Below are positions 1 to 13,490 of a stretch of DNA of 64,000 bases, in pieces (positions within the stretch are counted from its first letter, which is position 1; each line of letters starts with the position of its first letter). Below the pieces are notes generated by a model that did not search any database, had not been told where the DNA came from, and saw only the letters and a list, made by a program, of their open reading frames with translations. The DNA comes from Dimorphilus gyrociliatus (lineage: Eukaryota; Animalia; Annelida). The position numbers and the translations under genes are program-made. The DNA is taken from positions 2,053,404 through 2,117,403 of the forward strand of contig CAJFCJ010000007.1 of the NCBI GenBank assembly GCA_904063045.1, read 5' to 3'.

Positions 1-1183
1 TTACTATGAGTTATATATTTCCTACAGTGAGCAATAGACCCACATCTGGTGGAAAATCAAAAGGAAAAGGGTCAAAGGGGGCAAAGGCAGCTGGAAAAGA
101 TAAACTTTCCAGGCCGCCATCGCAGCAATTCGATATCGGTAGACCACATTGGATTCTGAGGGTCGTGAGTGAAAGCAGTGACACCCTGCAAGTACGTAAA
201 GACACGGAGAGAGCTGATCAAATAAAATCAATGAAGAGAGCTTGGGAAGAAGCAGAACCTGGAAGGGCAGCTAAAGCCGTTCAATCCAGAGCAAAGTTTT
301 TGGGAGAAAATCTAATTGATATTGAACAGCCTGAAAAGAGTGACCAACAACCAACGTCTGATGAGGATACCTTATTAAACGATCCGCCTCCACCGCCTCC
401 TCCTACGCAAATATTAAAAGAGCTGGATATCGATCAGTTTAAAAGGCGAACAACTGAAACACCCAAACTACTGGATGAAGTTGAGGAAGCTAAACGAATG
501 ATAAAACGCAAAGAAGAAATGAGCTCTTATAGAGAACATCGAGACTACGTTGAAAAGAGGAGAAAAGAAGATAGAGTTAATAGGAATAAAGAGAAAATCA
601 ATCAAATTGATATGTATACTCGTTTACAGGTATAAGATTATTTCATATCAATTCTATACTTTTCTTGTTTTAATCATCATTTCTGAATCTTTTTTTTAAC
701 AATTACGCCTGTTGCAGTTGGAAGTAAACAAAATGCGACGAATTTACGAACGTCGCTTAAGAGCTTTTAGACGCCCGTTGTCTAATGCTAACCGCCCTTT
801 AACTAGTAGTTCATATGCAGGATTTAGCTCCGCTAATAATTATCCTGTTAGCCCATACCCTCGATCCATGTCCGCTACTCCTTACCCAGCACACTCACGC
901 GTTTCATCCCTTCTTTAGGCGTTTAATTTCGGTTAACCCAATTTTTTTTTTAAAACTGAGCACACCGTTTTAGATGGAGCTCGAGAAACTCCGAGAACAG
1001 GTTGATATGCCAAGAGAAGCTTACAGACAAAAATTGTTAGAAGCAGAAAGACTCCGACAAGAAGAGATTGCAGCAAGAGAAGCAGCTTTAAGTGCTGAAT
1101 TGGAAAAAGAGAATTCAGGCAAAAAGAGCCCAAAAGGAAAGAAGGGAAAAGGAAGCGCGAAAGGAAAAAAAGGGAAAAAATAA
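1..1183 (+). CDS. ADGB: Androglobin (calpain-globin chimera), 3' end only; 5'-truncated by window edge
   Basis: PHWILRVVS...VRKDTERADQIKSMKRAWEEAEPGRA matches the androglobin C-terminal region. Exon ends at 629 (CAG|GTATAA). Terminal exon 974-1183 (REAYRQKLLEAE...KKGKK*) resembles the vertebrate C-terminus; an alternative acceptor lies at 718. Confidence 0.85.
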
Positions 1184-1267
1184 ATTGTTCGTCTTATTCC
1201 ATCCATGAAATGTTTCTATTTATCACATAAAAATTTAAAAAAAGAATAAAGAAAAATGATTAACTGA

Positions 1268-2548
1268 TTATAACTTTTTCCAAACTTCATAGAAAACCCA
1301 ACTGAAATTTTAAATAAAAGAGAAATTATTTTTTATTATCTTATTGTTAAAATTAGATTTCTTACCATTCGAGGTAGGATGGTACAAATACCTTTTCCTT
1401 ACTATATTCCACCCGTGTTTCAAGCAGGTTCAATTGCTTTTCATACATTTTAAGTGCTGATTGAGCATTTAAACCATTTCCTTGGGTGAAATATTTGCCG
1501 TTATCTGACAAAACGCTTATCGATAAGTTTAATATTTTTCTCATGAATTCCCACATTTCACCTAAAATGTAGTTTTATTATCAGTATAAGAAAATCCTGG
1601 AGATTGCTTCTATACTTACCAACTGGTTCTGGAGTAACTGGTATGGCAGTTAAATCGTTTATTACGTAATCAAATTTCTTTCCTTCTTTTATAAATTTTT
1701 CCAGCCAAGGTACGCAGTCCTCGACTATGACCTTATAGTTATCACCTTCCAATTTATCCATTGCGCTATCGCATATTCCTCTCAAATATTTTACGGAGGC
1801 ATCAATAACGACCTGATCGATTTCAACCATAGTTACATAAGCAGGATTCTGTTTAAGCAACTCATTTAGAATACCACCATCTCCTCCTCCAAGTATAAGA
1901 ATATTTTTATCTTTAAAGTTCTCTCTTCCAGAACCGCAAATAGTTCTTGTATAGATTATGTCGCTTTCGGCCAAATTAGGATCGTCGTCCAATATCAGCA
2001 TATTGCCAAACTGAGGTGAATGATATATTTTAACGTTTTGGAAAGGTGTTTGTTCTTCAAAGACTAACTCATCAAAATCATACTCAATTAGCAAACCAAC
2101 TGTTGTTGGAAAGTAACAATTAAATTTTGTTCCTCTCTTAACTGGTGTTGTTAAGCTCAATGTTCTACTAGCTCCCTCACTTTTCATCTTATTCTCAATG
2201 TGAGATAGAATATCGTTAGAAAACCTATTGTTCTCGCCCGACACAACTCTTTCGTGTATGTCTATTGTTAAAAGTCCATCTGGATAGGCACGAACGAAAG
2301 CTGAACAGCTAGTCTCTGAAGAGAATACCATTGCAAAGCCATCGTTCAAAAGAGAAACTGAATTTTTCGTCAAAGAATACTCATTTAATACTTTTTCTAT
2401 AACTTTGGAAGAACTGTCTGCAGTAAAACGTACAATGTCACTAAATCGAACTTCGCATCATCATAAATTGATCTCTTTTCAACTTACCAGGATTATTGAC
2501 ATTCAAGTTGGGGCAAGAAAGTTCAATCATAAACGTATTGACAACCAT
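1268..2548 (-). CDS. SMS: Spermine synthase
   Basis: Four exons; introns at 2418-2487, about 1566-1619 and 1302-1365 (all GTAAG...AG). Contains [26 protein letters not shown] and [10 protein letters not shown], and ends [17 protein letters not shown]. The N-terminal AdoMetDC-like domain indicates spermine rather than spermidine synthase. Confidence 0.92.
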
Positions 2549-2668
2549 GTTTGGGCGTATTAGGAACAACTTGTAACCAAAAACGCAAAGACCACGCGAC
2601 TCTTCAAAACCGCGCCTGAGCAAATGAATTTAGCAGACAACATTTCGGGGCGCCACCTGTATCGTAAG

Positions 2669-2678
2669 GCGCATGCGC
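2669..2678. promoter_or_regulatory. NRF1/Ewg-type palindrome GCGCATGCGC in the SMS/EHD divergent promoter
   Basis: Perfect 10-bp GC-rich palindrome in the 184-bp gap between head-to-head ATGs (2548 and 2733). It matches the NRF1 core. Confidence 0.55.
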
Positions 2679-2732
2679 ATTTCGTAGTTCCTGTCATTCG
2701 TGTTTGAGTTTTTTGGGCGAGGAAGAAAAGAT

Positions 2733-4791
2733 ATGTTCTCTTGGATAGGCAACAACGACAAGCGTCGAAATGAAGCAGACGTGTTTGAGAACGTTACGGC
2801 GGGTTTAAAGAAATGTTATCAAACAAAATTAAAACCGCTTGAAACGGCTTATAAATTTCATGACTTTCATTCACCGGCTCTAGAAGATGCAGATTTCGAC
2901 GCCAAACCAATGATCCTTCTAATTGGACAATATTCTACCGGCAAGACAACATTCATAAGATACCTTATCGAACAAGATTTCCCTGGGATGAGGATCGGAC
3001 CAGAGCCGACAACCGACAGATTTATTGTTGTGATGAACGGTGATCAAGAATCTGTTATACCGGGTAACGCCCTCGTAATGGATCCTAAAAAACAATTTAG
3101 GCAACTGTCAAGATACGGCAATAATTTCCTGAATAGGTTACAATGCTCGCAAATGAGAAATAAAGTCCTGGACAGTATTACAATAGTAGATACTCCTGGG
3201 ATATTAAGTGGAGAAAAGCAAAGGGTCGATCGTGGTTACGATTTTGGTGGTGTTATAGAGTGGTTAGCTGAACGTGTCGATAGGATAATTCTTTTGTTTG
3301 ACGCCCATAAGTTGGATATCTCTGATGAGTTTAGACGAGTGATTGAGGCTATGAAAGGATACGATGAAAAAATTAGGATTGTACTCAACAAATCAGATAT
3401 GATTGATAGTCAACAATTAATGAGAGTATATGGAGCATTAATGTGGTCACTCGGTAAAGTTCTAAACACACCGGAAGTTGCTAGAGTTTACATTGGATCA
3501 TTTTGGTCTAAGCCTTTACATTTTGATACAAATCGCCGTCTTTTCGAATTGGAATCGCAGGATTTATTCAACGATATTCAATCACTGCCAAGAAACGCTG
3601 CACTACGTAAGCTCAATGATCTGATAAAACGAGCCAGATTAGCGAAGGTACGTGTCTATTGTTTAACAGATAAGAAGCTCTTTTATCGTGCGAATGCTCG
3701 CATTATTTGCGATTGGCGATGGCATATATTTTTCATTGTACAGAGTAAAATTACAGACTGAAGCCTAACAGTATGTTTAGCATACAAACCAAATGTTGGT
3801 GATTGAGCTGATCGCTTTTACTCTTCTTAAATTTCTTAGATTAATGACCAACTAATTTATTCATTCGCTATTCGTCTGATAACGCCCCTATTTAATAGGA
3901 TATGGTTTTTTTTTATGAGCTATCATTTAACTGAAACACAATTTGTTATTAATCAATATACAGGTCCATGCTTACGTAATAGCTCACTTGAAAAAAGAGA
4001 TGCCGTCGATGTTTGGAAAAGATTCAAAGAAAAAGGAACTTATCAAGAACTTACCACAGATTTTTGACACGATTCAACGAGAGCAGAATATATCACCTGG
4101 TGATTTTCCAAGCGTAAAGAGATTTCAAGAACGTCTTGAGCATCTTGATTTCACAAAATTCAATACTTTAAAGGTAGATAGAATTTCAATGATGGTTTTC
4201 ACAACAATGTTATGGTACTATTCTTATTGTTTATTGTTTTGTTTGATAGCCTAAACTTTTGGAAGCAGTGGACGATATGTTACGCCTGGACATTGCAGCC
4301 CTTATGAAAAGAATACCACAAGAAGAAAAAGAAAACTTTTCGGAAGGTCCAGCAGTCAGAGGAGGGGCTTTCGATACCACAGAAGCATCACCCTTTGATA
4401 CAGGATATGGCGAAGGTATCGATAAGGGACGAGATACAGGAAGATGGATAGTAGAAGATAAAAAGGCTGAATACATGGACATTTTCCATCAGCTAGGCCC
4501 AGTTGATGGCAAAGTATGTAAACAAGCCGTTTGATAGACTTTACATTAATGTTATGTTTCCTATAGATCACTGGAGCACTTGCAAAACAAGAAATGGTCA
4601 AGTCTCGCCTTCCGAATAGCGTTCTAGGAAAAATTTGGAAATTGTCAGATATAGATCAAGATGGAATGTTGGATGAAGACGAGTTTGCTTTAGCAGAACA
4701 TTTAATAAATGTAACTTTAGATGGGCATGAGCTACCGTCTACTCTTCCAGATCATCTTTGTCCACCAAGTAAACGTGGAGTTATGCATTAG
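2733..4791 (+). CDS. EHD1: EH domain-containing protein (EHD1-4/Past1/RME-1 family)
   Basis: MFSW start, P-loop GQYSTGKT, GPEPTTDRF, DTPGILSGEKQ and a C-terminal EH domain (LGKIWKLSDIDQDGMLDEDEFALA). Four exons with GT-AG introns, all in frame. Confidence 0.95.
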
Positions 4792-5023
4792 GGCCTCTAT
4801 AATCGAAATTTTGCCATTTTACTCTTGGTGCCTGTTGTGACAAAAATTTGCTGAACTAGCTGTTTTCAAATTATTAATTTATGACTTAAAATTTGATGAA
4901 TACAACTTAACAATATACAAATGAGCAATTATCAAATGATTGTGATAAGTACAGTAGTGACCTCTATACAACATTTTTTTCTGAAATATCCTTCACCTTG
5001 AAATCTAATAGAAAGGGGGTACG

Positions 5024-6413
5024 ATGTCGCTGAAAACTTTACCTTTTCTTCTTGTTAATTTAGGTGGTGAGATGATCTATATTTTAGACCAACGACTGAA
5101 AGCACAGAGCATCCCTTCTGATAAAGCTAAAAAAGGTTTGTTGCTTACACCTGTTTAGGGTTGTTTAATCGGTTGCCTAGTAACTACGTGTACATATAAA
5201 TTTTTCTACAGTCTAGTATTTAAATACAAATTTCAAAAATGAATCTTGCTTTCAGTTTTATATGATATTGTTGGAACATTGTTTAACAAACGTTTCATTG
5301 AGGAGATGTTCAAACCTCAAGAAATTTACAACAGAAAAGCTATTAGAACTGTCTTTGACCGTTTAGCTCACGCGTCCATTATGCGGTTGAATTCAGCTTC
5401 TATGGATAAATTATACGATCTGATGACAATGGCTGTAAAGTATCAAGTCAGTTTGAGCATGAGAGCTTCTGACATTCTTCTTGTTACATTGAATCACGTA
5501 GATTCTATAGTTAAGTTGGTGGCAGATAATGCGATGGTTAAGGCGCAAGTAGAGCATATGTACGTTTTATTGGCTACACACTACGCTAATATGAACGCAG
5601 GCCAATTTTTACTTATCCGTCAAACGCTCCTAACCTTCTTTCAAGATGTGCACATCCGTGTATCTATTTTCTTGAAAGAAAAAGCTCAAAATCAAAACGG
5701 TCGTTTTCTACTGCCTACAGGAGGACCCTTGCCATTTGGAACAGCTGTTCCTGGAACAATTAAGTAAGCTTGAGAAGCTTTAAAGTTATAGAAATAGCAT
5801 TTAACTAAATTGCTTAATAATTGATTGTTCCTTTTCCGTTAGAATATTCGATGGTAAGGGAAAAGTAGCAAGAACCTCAAACTTTAAAACCGAATTTGAC
5901 TATATTCAATCAACAAAGACTGGTTCTATTGATGTAAAAGGAGATCGTTGCATCAAGCTAGGGCTCAATATGTATTCTCAAACTTCAACAAACTTAGAGT
6001 CTGCAGTTCAAACTTCAAGCAAAACTACCAATCTCTCCTCCTCGGACATTGAAAATTTAGCTCCCAATCCATTAGCTAAAGCACAATTGGATCTTTTGTC
6101 GAAATTAATAGGTTCTTCGAGTCAAACTAAAAAGAGTAGCGCCTTCAAGTTGAATTTTTTCGACACGGAAAGAGAAGAAGAGTAAGAATACTCCTCTGAG
6201 AGTGTAGGATGACTATTTAATGTTAATTTTGTTTTTAGACAAGCTGCCGCCATTCGTATGTCCACCAACGATTCAACTGTAGTTAACTTTGATCAGTCGA
6301 AGAGAGGAAGAGCCAAGGAACTTGATAAGATAATGGGTGAAATGAGCATATCCGATAGTGCATCAGGCGGGGATAGTTACGACTTACTTGATTTAATGGA
6401 CAAAGGGTCCTAA
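5024..6413 (+). CDS. OSCP1: OSCP1 (organic solute carrier partner 1)
   Basis: MSLKTLPFLLVNLGGEMIYILDQRLKAQSIP, RLAHASIMRLNSASMDKLYDLMTMAVKYQ and C-terminal DLLDLMD. Four exons splice in frame. Confidence 0.92.
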
Positions 6414-6571
6414 TGTTATTCTGTGATGCACTTGCATGCTATATGTTGTTCCGTCCTAACTAAAAAGTATATCATTTCTTTTCACTAAATCTATTATTTA
6501 CACTATTTATTGTAAGGCAAATCAGTAATTTGCTACATGGGAAAGCAGACTTAAGCTATTAGCACCAAAAA

Positions 6572-9500
6572 TTAAGCAGATTCTGGCAATTGACTGCATG
6601 ATTTGTCGATGACTAGACCTCGCACAGAAGAAGGTAGCTGATCCTCAAGTCGCTGCACAAGTTTCATTATTTCCAATTCGTTTTTAGAGTGTTTCTCTTT
6701 CATCAAGAAAGTTGCGTTTGAATTATTCTGCTTAAATAAAAACGATTATACTGTATTTCACTTGGTAGAATAATTATTCAAATACAAACTGTATATGAAG
6801 AGGTTTGTCCTGACTCCAGACATGTTAAGTCCTTAAGCACGTCTAAACATTCCTTGTTTTCGCTTATGGTACAGCCTTCAAAAGTAGCTAAAATACTAGC
6901 TTCGTATATTTGTTCTTTAAGTAAAGCAACACAAATCGGTATACATTCATCATTGACATCTTTCCTTAAAAGGCTTTCGCAAAGTCTGATTTGTTCTCTT
7001 ATTTTTTCCTTAATACTATCCAAATCTTTAAATTCTTTACTCAAATCGACATCGTCCTGAACTTTGGTACACAGGTTCTTCCACCTCTGATGAATTGATT
7101 CTAACTGATTGGAGTAGCTTTTTATAGTTGAATGAATAATGCTTTGGAAATCTTTTTTCTTCTCAAATGATGATGAAACCCTAATCTTATTGGTTTTTTT
7201 ATTTTCTAAAACTTGCGTATTGCACGCTTCAATAATTTCAGTTTCAGGTTTAGCAAAAGGCTCTCTTGAAAACTCTTGACTATCAATAAACCCGGAACTT
7301 TGTTCAGATTGCATGCTAGGATCTCTCGTCAGCTTTGAACGCTCATGAACAGAATCAATTTCCTCTAGGTCGAAAGATTGTTGCTGATAATTTTTTAACA
7401 ATGGTGGAATTATATTGGTTGGTGAAGGGGAGCCAGACGATGTACTATCGTAATAGCCTACGCTAGCTAAATATTCAGCGTTAAGTGGGTGTAATATTGA
7501 CTCAAAGGTTTTGCCTTTTTTGCTTGTCCTTTTAACACTTCGTACAAGAGACGTATTCTCTTCTCTGCGGAATAAAAAATATAATTGTTTTATTTAGGAA
7601 ACTTATTTACTCTATTTGTTAAAATGCTTACATTGACAACTTTCTCGATCTGATTATACCTTGCATAGCCAACCCGAGAGAGCGATAAACATTCTCTGTT
7701 GGGTGTGAAAATTACCGTATGAATAATGAATTATAAAACAATAAATTCTATAATTTTTCTACCAACAACGAGTACCTTTACGAAACCAGTTAAACAAAAG
7801 AAGAAAATATACAACCAAACAATAAACAAACCTTACAAAATAAAAGTAAAAAAAAGATGGTTAGTGCAGATAAATATGAAAAGGTTGTAGAGGCCTAAGC
7901 AAATTTTAATATTGTTACATTCAAAAGGCCCTTTTGTAACCTTTTTCCATAGTTTGATAGTGACAAATTTTATTTATACATACTAAATTTAAACGAAATT
8001 GTTTTTTTCGTATAATTTGTTAGTATGAATAAAAATTTCAAGATATACTGCAATATTGGAAAACTATAAAAAAAGGGGGGGGGGAGGGATTTAACAGGAA
8101 AAGTTGAAGGTATCTCAATATATACATAAGTAAATAATAAATGCTTACTGTATGTTTGTATACAGTAAATATATTTTAACATTTTCAAAAAAGAAAAGGA
8201 CATTGAAAAATAACTTACTATAGTTTTTGCCTCGCTCGTACAGTTAGAGAAATTAGCATTTAAATGATAGACAGGCCAAAATATTGTATTATAAATAACA
8301 GCATAAAAGAGAAAAAGTGTGCATCATTGATAGAGTCAGCAGATATCAAGATAAAATGTCACACTAGCAGTTGAATTTTAGTAAAAATAAAAAAAAAACC
8401 AAAACAGCACTTTTGAAATATAGAACTCACTGAGATAGTTACCCATCTGGAAATGATTTTTAGCGATGTGTTTTTAAGGGTTTCCTAAGACTTTTTATCT
8501 AAAGTTTTATTTAATAAATAATTAAACGTAATGTTCAAATTCAGTTTCACGAAAATTATATATTTTTTGCGCGAGTATAGCAGTTGATTCTGAACTGTAG
8601 GAAGAAACTGACATATTTGATGCCTCTGCTCCAGCTATATTTGTAAAATCTAAAACATCTTCGTAGCTGCGCCATCCTTCTGGAGTTAGTGTTAAGTTAC
8701 TACTTGTACTTGGCAAACTTTGTAAATTTTTTAATTGTTCACTTTGACAATTTTTGTTTTCGGAGAGCCGCCTCTCAATAAAACCTTTAATCAGCTCATG
8801 ATTTGGATCAATAAAACGATGAGGTAAAGAAGCCTGCGCTATTTTTTCGTAAAAATGTTTATATGACTCAAAACCAAACAAACCTGGATCGTTATCCAAT
8901 TCTACAGGCGTAGGCGATTCGATGACATCAGTTTGGTGGAAACGAGGTGGAAGACGTTTTTTAATATCGTCATTGTCTTCCGAACTTCCAAATCCTAGAT
9001 TTTCAAGCATTTCTTCCGGATCCGGCTTTCTACTATCTATTATTTGTTCGATGCTGAAAAAGGATATCAAATGTAAATACAGTGGGAGTGTTGTGGTATT
9101 ACAACAACCATCTGCGGAATACGGTTGATGAAACCGGTTTTAGTTTTGCATCGTTTGACATTTCAACGACTATTAATGTGGTGGATAAAATTAAAATATG
9201 CTAGGCCTCTAAGCGGATTAGCAAACGAAGGTTTAGCCTATTTTGATATTTACCTTATCTGTCCCGGCAAGAATGGCGGAGACATTCTAATACTTTGAGC
9301 TATCAGAGGGGACAAATTGATGATAAAAACATTCTAACCAATATATCAAACATAGATACCTTCATCTCCTAACAATAGGTCGTCCACAGCTTGTTTCTCC
9401 ACCCTGTTTTTGTCGAGAGAAATCATTTTGACTTTATTACTCTCTTATCAGTGACAATCTAACATATACTCTAGTATATAACGTTATCAAGAGATAAGGT

Positions 9501-9618
9501 TGACGACTTACTCGGCAGATTGTTCAACATCGTTGATCGGTCGGTCGCTGTAACCTTTTTCTATCCATTCTTTTACTTTATATTTTTTATACATCGTTTT
9601 TCGGTTGTTGATAGCATC
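6572..9618 (-). CDS. KRAP/SSFA2/TESPA1 (ITPRID)-family IP3-receptor-interacting protein-like
   Basis: DDLLLGDEA and DPEEMLENLGFG...RLPPRF resemble the KRAP IP3R-binding domain; coiled-coil C-terminus ELEIMKLVQRLEDQL. The start at 9618 and the internal microexons are inferred. Confidence 0.6.
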
Positions 9619-10163
9619 GGTTAGGTTGTGGAACAAATTATCCAATGCAGTTTTCGCTCTATTTAAAAATTTCCCTTTTTCGTTTGCATCTGTAATAAAT
9701 TAAATATATATGATTTTCTTTCCCGAGACTACTGTAGATTGGGATACACAAGGTAACACTTAGTGCAACTGATTGTTGTGTGAAGACCAATACCTGAACT
9801 GTCCATATTGATTTACTATAATTGCGTAATCAACAAAAAATATAACTATTGTGAATGATTAGTGTGATAATTAAAATTATTATTTTATGAATATTCAGCT
9901 AAAAGTAGTGTGGAATACTACCTCAAAGAGCACAGGATATAATTAAGCTGCCCTTTTAGGAAAGTATGTCATAAAGTATATGATAAGGAGAGATCCTGAA
10001 ACTCGATCATTCAATCGATTAACAAAATGCTCTGTTTGTTTTGAGAAAACCGGTAAATTTAGAATATTTTTCCGTATGAGTACCAGTTACTGACAGTTCA
10101 GAATATTGCTGCGTTTTACAATACACGTTTCAAATAAAAATTAAACACATAACATAGATCGTT

Positions 10164-13100
10164 ATGAGTCAGAATCCATTTGCTTTATTGTTTCAAGATA
10201 ATAATTCATCTTCAGTCAAACCAGGTAAATTTTGTTATTGTACTGTACTTCATCATACTGAAAGAAAAATGTGTGCATCATTGCAGATGTAAAAACACAG
10301 GCTAAAGAGAAACAAGACATAAATGATATTTTAGAAGAAATTTTCCTTTTTACTTTGGAATCTAATCATGAGGGAGACACGACTAAAGCTCCTCGAGTCT
10401 ATCTTGCAGATTTCCATTCTCAACTAAATCAAACATGGCTAGATTTGGAATGTTTGGCACAAGCCGTTTGTGAGAGAATAATGCTAAATGATCCAAAACA
10501 ATTTCTAACAGGCAAGGGGCATAATGAGGCAGCAGAAGGAGCAAGAATTAGGTATTTGGTTCAATGTTTTATAAGATTTAGAGGATGTAAACAGAGAATT
10601 ATTAATGGAGAATTAAAAGAGAAATGTCAAAACGCTATTGTGAAAAATTCAGTTTTAGTCTTGCAGCAACCTGAACTTTTCCCTGACAATGTCGATCTTA
10701 ATACACTTTATAATCTCTTTTTAGAATATCGAGAAAAGGGTTTGTTATATTTTTGATATTCTATTTCTGTTTAATAGTTTTTTTCAACGCCAGATATTGG
10801 ATCGTTTTCCGAATTTATTAATCTCATTGCAGCCGATATTGCACCATCAGATGAAGGAAAATCTATTTCAGAAATATTTTCCCCAATGCTTAATATATGT
10901 CACAGAGATTTGAAGAGAATTGATGCAATTGGACATCCTGATATAATGAAGCACTTAGAGCTTTTGGAACTATTTGTTTCAGATTCGAATTTGGCAACAG
11001 TTTTCCTTGATCATCTATTTTCCATGATTAGAAAAATAGGATCTAATGTACCCGGAAGTGCCTATGCTGAAAATGCATTTGGAGCTTTACTGAGTATAGG
11101 TTGTATTCCAACCGCGTTGCTTCCTGGACAACATTATCACTTCTTTGATAAACCGAGTCGAATGAGTAGGCAAGAACAAGAAAGCATTGAAGGAAATATT
11201 CACAGATTTATGGATACTCTACAAGACAGAATGTATACGATTGTTTATAAAATACTGAAAGTCAACCTATCATGTAAACGTCAATTTTTAAAATGGATTG
11301 GAGAATGTATATTCGCTAATAAAGGTAGGCAACAAACGTGGACGCAACTACAAGGGCCATTGAATATGCTCCAACCGCAGTATGTAAATCACGCATTTTT
11401 TCTTAACTTGGGTGCGATTATGCTTCGTTTATGCCAGCCATTTGCCAACCCTAGTTCACCTAAATTGGACTCAATAAATGTCGACTATTGCCTGTTTTCT
11501 ACGAAAGATTTAAATAGGAGAGAAGATGTAAATTGTGTTGGGTTAAAAGATGAAACATGTTTACAACCAAAATCTGATGATTTTAAGTATCCTGAAGGCA
11601 AGGAACCAATGAATTTCATAACAGAGTGTTTCTTTTTAACACATCAGATTCTTAGAGTTGGATTCTATGCAGTTAATGAGAATTTAATAGCTCTTAATCA
11701 AGATATGCACCGTATGCAAGGCACTTTCAATGATATTAGAGCACAAGGAGGAGAAAACACAGAAAGAGGAAAAAAAATATATGAATTTATGGAAAGTAAA
11801 ATGACTACATATTTATGTGTGAAAGCAGCAATGTGTCACCCATCAAGCTTAGAATCAAACTTACAATTGCAGATTGCTACTTCTTATTTTCTTTGTAAGC
11901 TAAAAGATAATGAAGTCGTTTTAAGTACAATACCAGAATTTTTGGCTCAAAACGTTGTTGAATTAATTATTGCCATACATAGATTTAAGATTGACAATAT
12001 CAATAGTCCTCTAAATTCAAATCATCTATTATCTTTTATTTTCGATTTCATGGCTTACCCATCCAGATTGAGAAACCCTCACAGCAGAGCAAATATGGCT
12101 GAGGCTCTAGAGTCGTTTATTCCTAATCTGGATCCGGATCAGAGAGAGTTCAATTCGACAATAGACTTTGATAAACATCCACGGAACAACGAATTGATAG
12201 AAAGCATTATTGCAGTTTTTGTCAGCATAGAAGAAACAGGGATGGGCGTGGAATTTGAGCAAAAGTTTACATATCGCCGTCCTATGTATAAAATTCTTAA
12301 ATATGCCCTTGCTATTGAAAAGCATCGCCAAGAGGCAGTAAAACTATCCAATGTAGCTTTAAGGATTGTTGAAGCTCAAGATCCACCTCTCTTCTTGAGA
12401 TTCATTAACCTACTAGTAAACGATGCTATATTTCTTTTGGATGAAGCTTTAGGATTTATGAAAGAAATAAAAAGCCTAGAAGAGAAAAAAGATAGTCCCG
12501 AGTGGGCTAACATGAACCCGGATGAAAAGCGAGAATTGCAACAAACATTGAATACCTCGGGAAGGTTAGCTAGATTTCATAATGTTATGGCTTCAGCTAC
12601 GATCGACGCTCTTCAAGCTCTAACTAAATGTGCTCCCAGAATCTTTACTCACAATATTATGAAAGATCGAATTTCTGCTATGCTTAATTACTTTTTGTTA
12701 AACTTGGTTGGGTCAAAGAGAAAACAATTTAAGACGAAAGATTTATCAGCATACGAATTCAAGCCATCAGAAATTCTCATCGACATTTGTCGGATCTATC
12801 TAAATCTAAGTCAATCTGAAGAGTTTTGTTTAGCTGTTATCAAGGATGAGCGGTCATTTTCAGTCAATCTGTTTCAAGAGGCCGAAGCAACTTTAAAGAG
12901 AATAGGACCATGTACGGCTGAGACGGAACAATTTTCGGAAATGACAAGAAAGATATTAGCACAAAATACAAATATCGACGACGACGAATCTATTGTAAAT
13001 GAAGCACCAGAAGAATTCCTTGATCCAATAATGGGTACGTTGATGACGGATCCCGTACTGTTACCCACAAGTGGCAATATTGTCGATAAAACTACCATAG

Positions 13101-13288
13101 CTAGACATATACTGAGGTAAACTATTTTTCTTTTCTATTTGGAAAATGTTACATTTTGTTTTCTAAACAGCGATCAAACAGATCCTTTCAATAGACTTCC
13201 TTTATCAATGAAAATGTTAGAACCTCAAGCCGATCTTAAAGAGAGAATAGAGAATTGGAAAGCCAATTTTAAAAAGGAAAATAAGTAA
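10164..13288 (+). CDS. UBE4A: Ubiquitin conjugation factor E4 A (UFD2 core plus U-box)
   Basis: N-terminal [34 protein letters not shown] and U-box [45 protein letters not shown]. Four exons. Confidence 0.93.
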
Positions 13289-13490
13289 AATCTTCTACAT
13301 GATTTAAAAAAGATACAAAAACTATTATGTTTAAAGTATAATTTCAGTCTTAATTGTAGATAAAGCGTTTAATGAATGAATTGTTAAGAAATAAAAACAT
13401 TCCTATTTACAATTTTCTGAAGAATTTTCAACTATACACATCTTGAGATCAAAGTCCAAAAAAATTATTGCTTTTCTTTATCAATTGAAA

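Noticed and set aside
7770-7782. Fourth possible microexon (13 nt, GTACTCGTTGTTG) in the KRAP-like gene
   Set aside because: Every phase combination tested introduced a stop; it could only be a poison exon, and there is no support for that.
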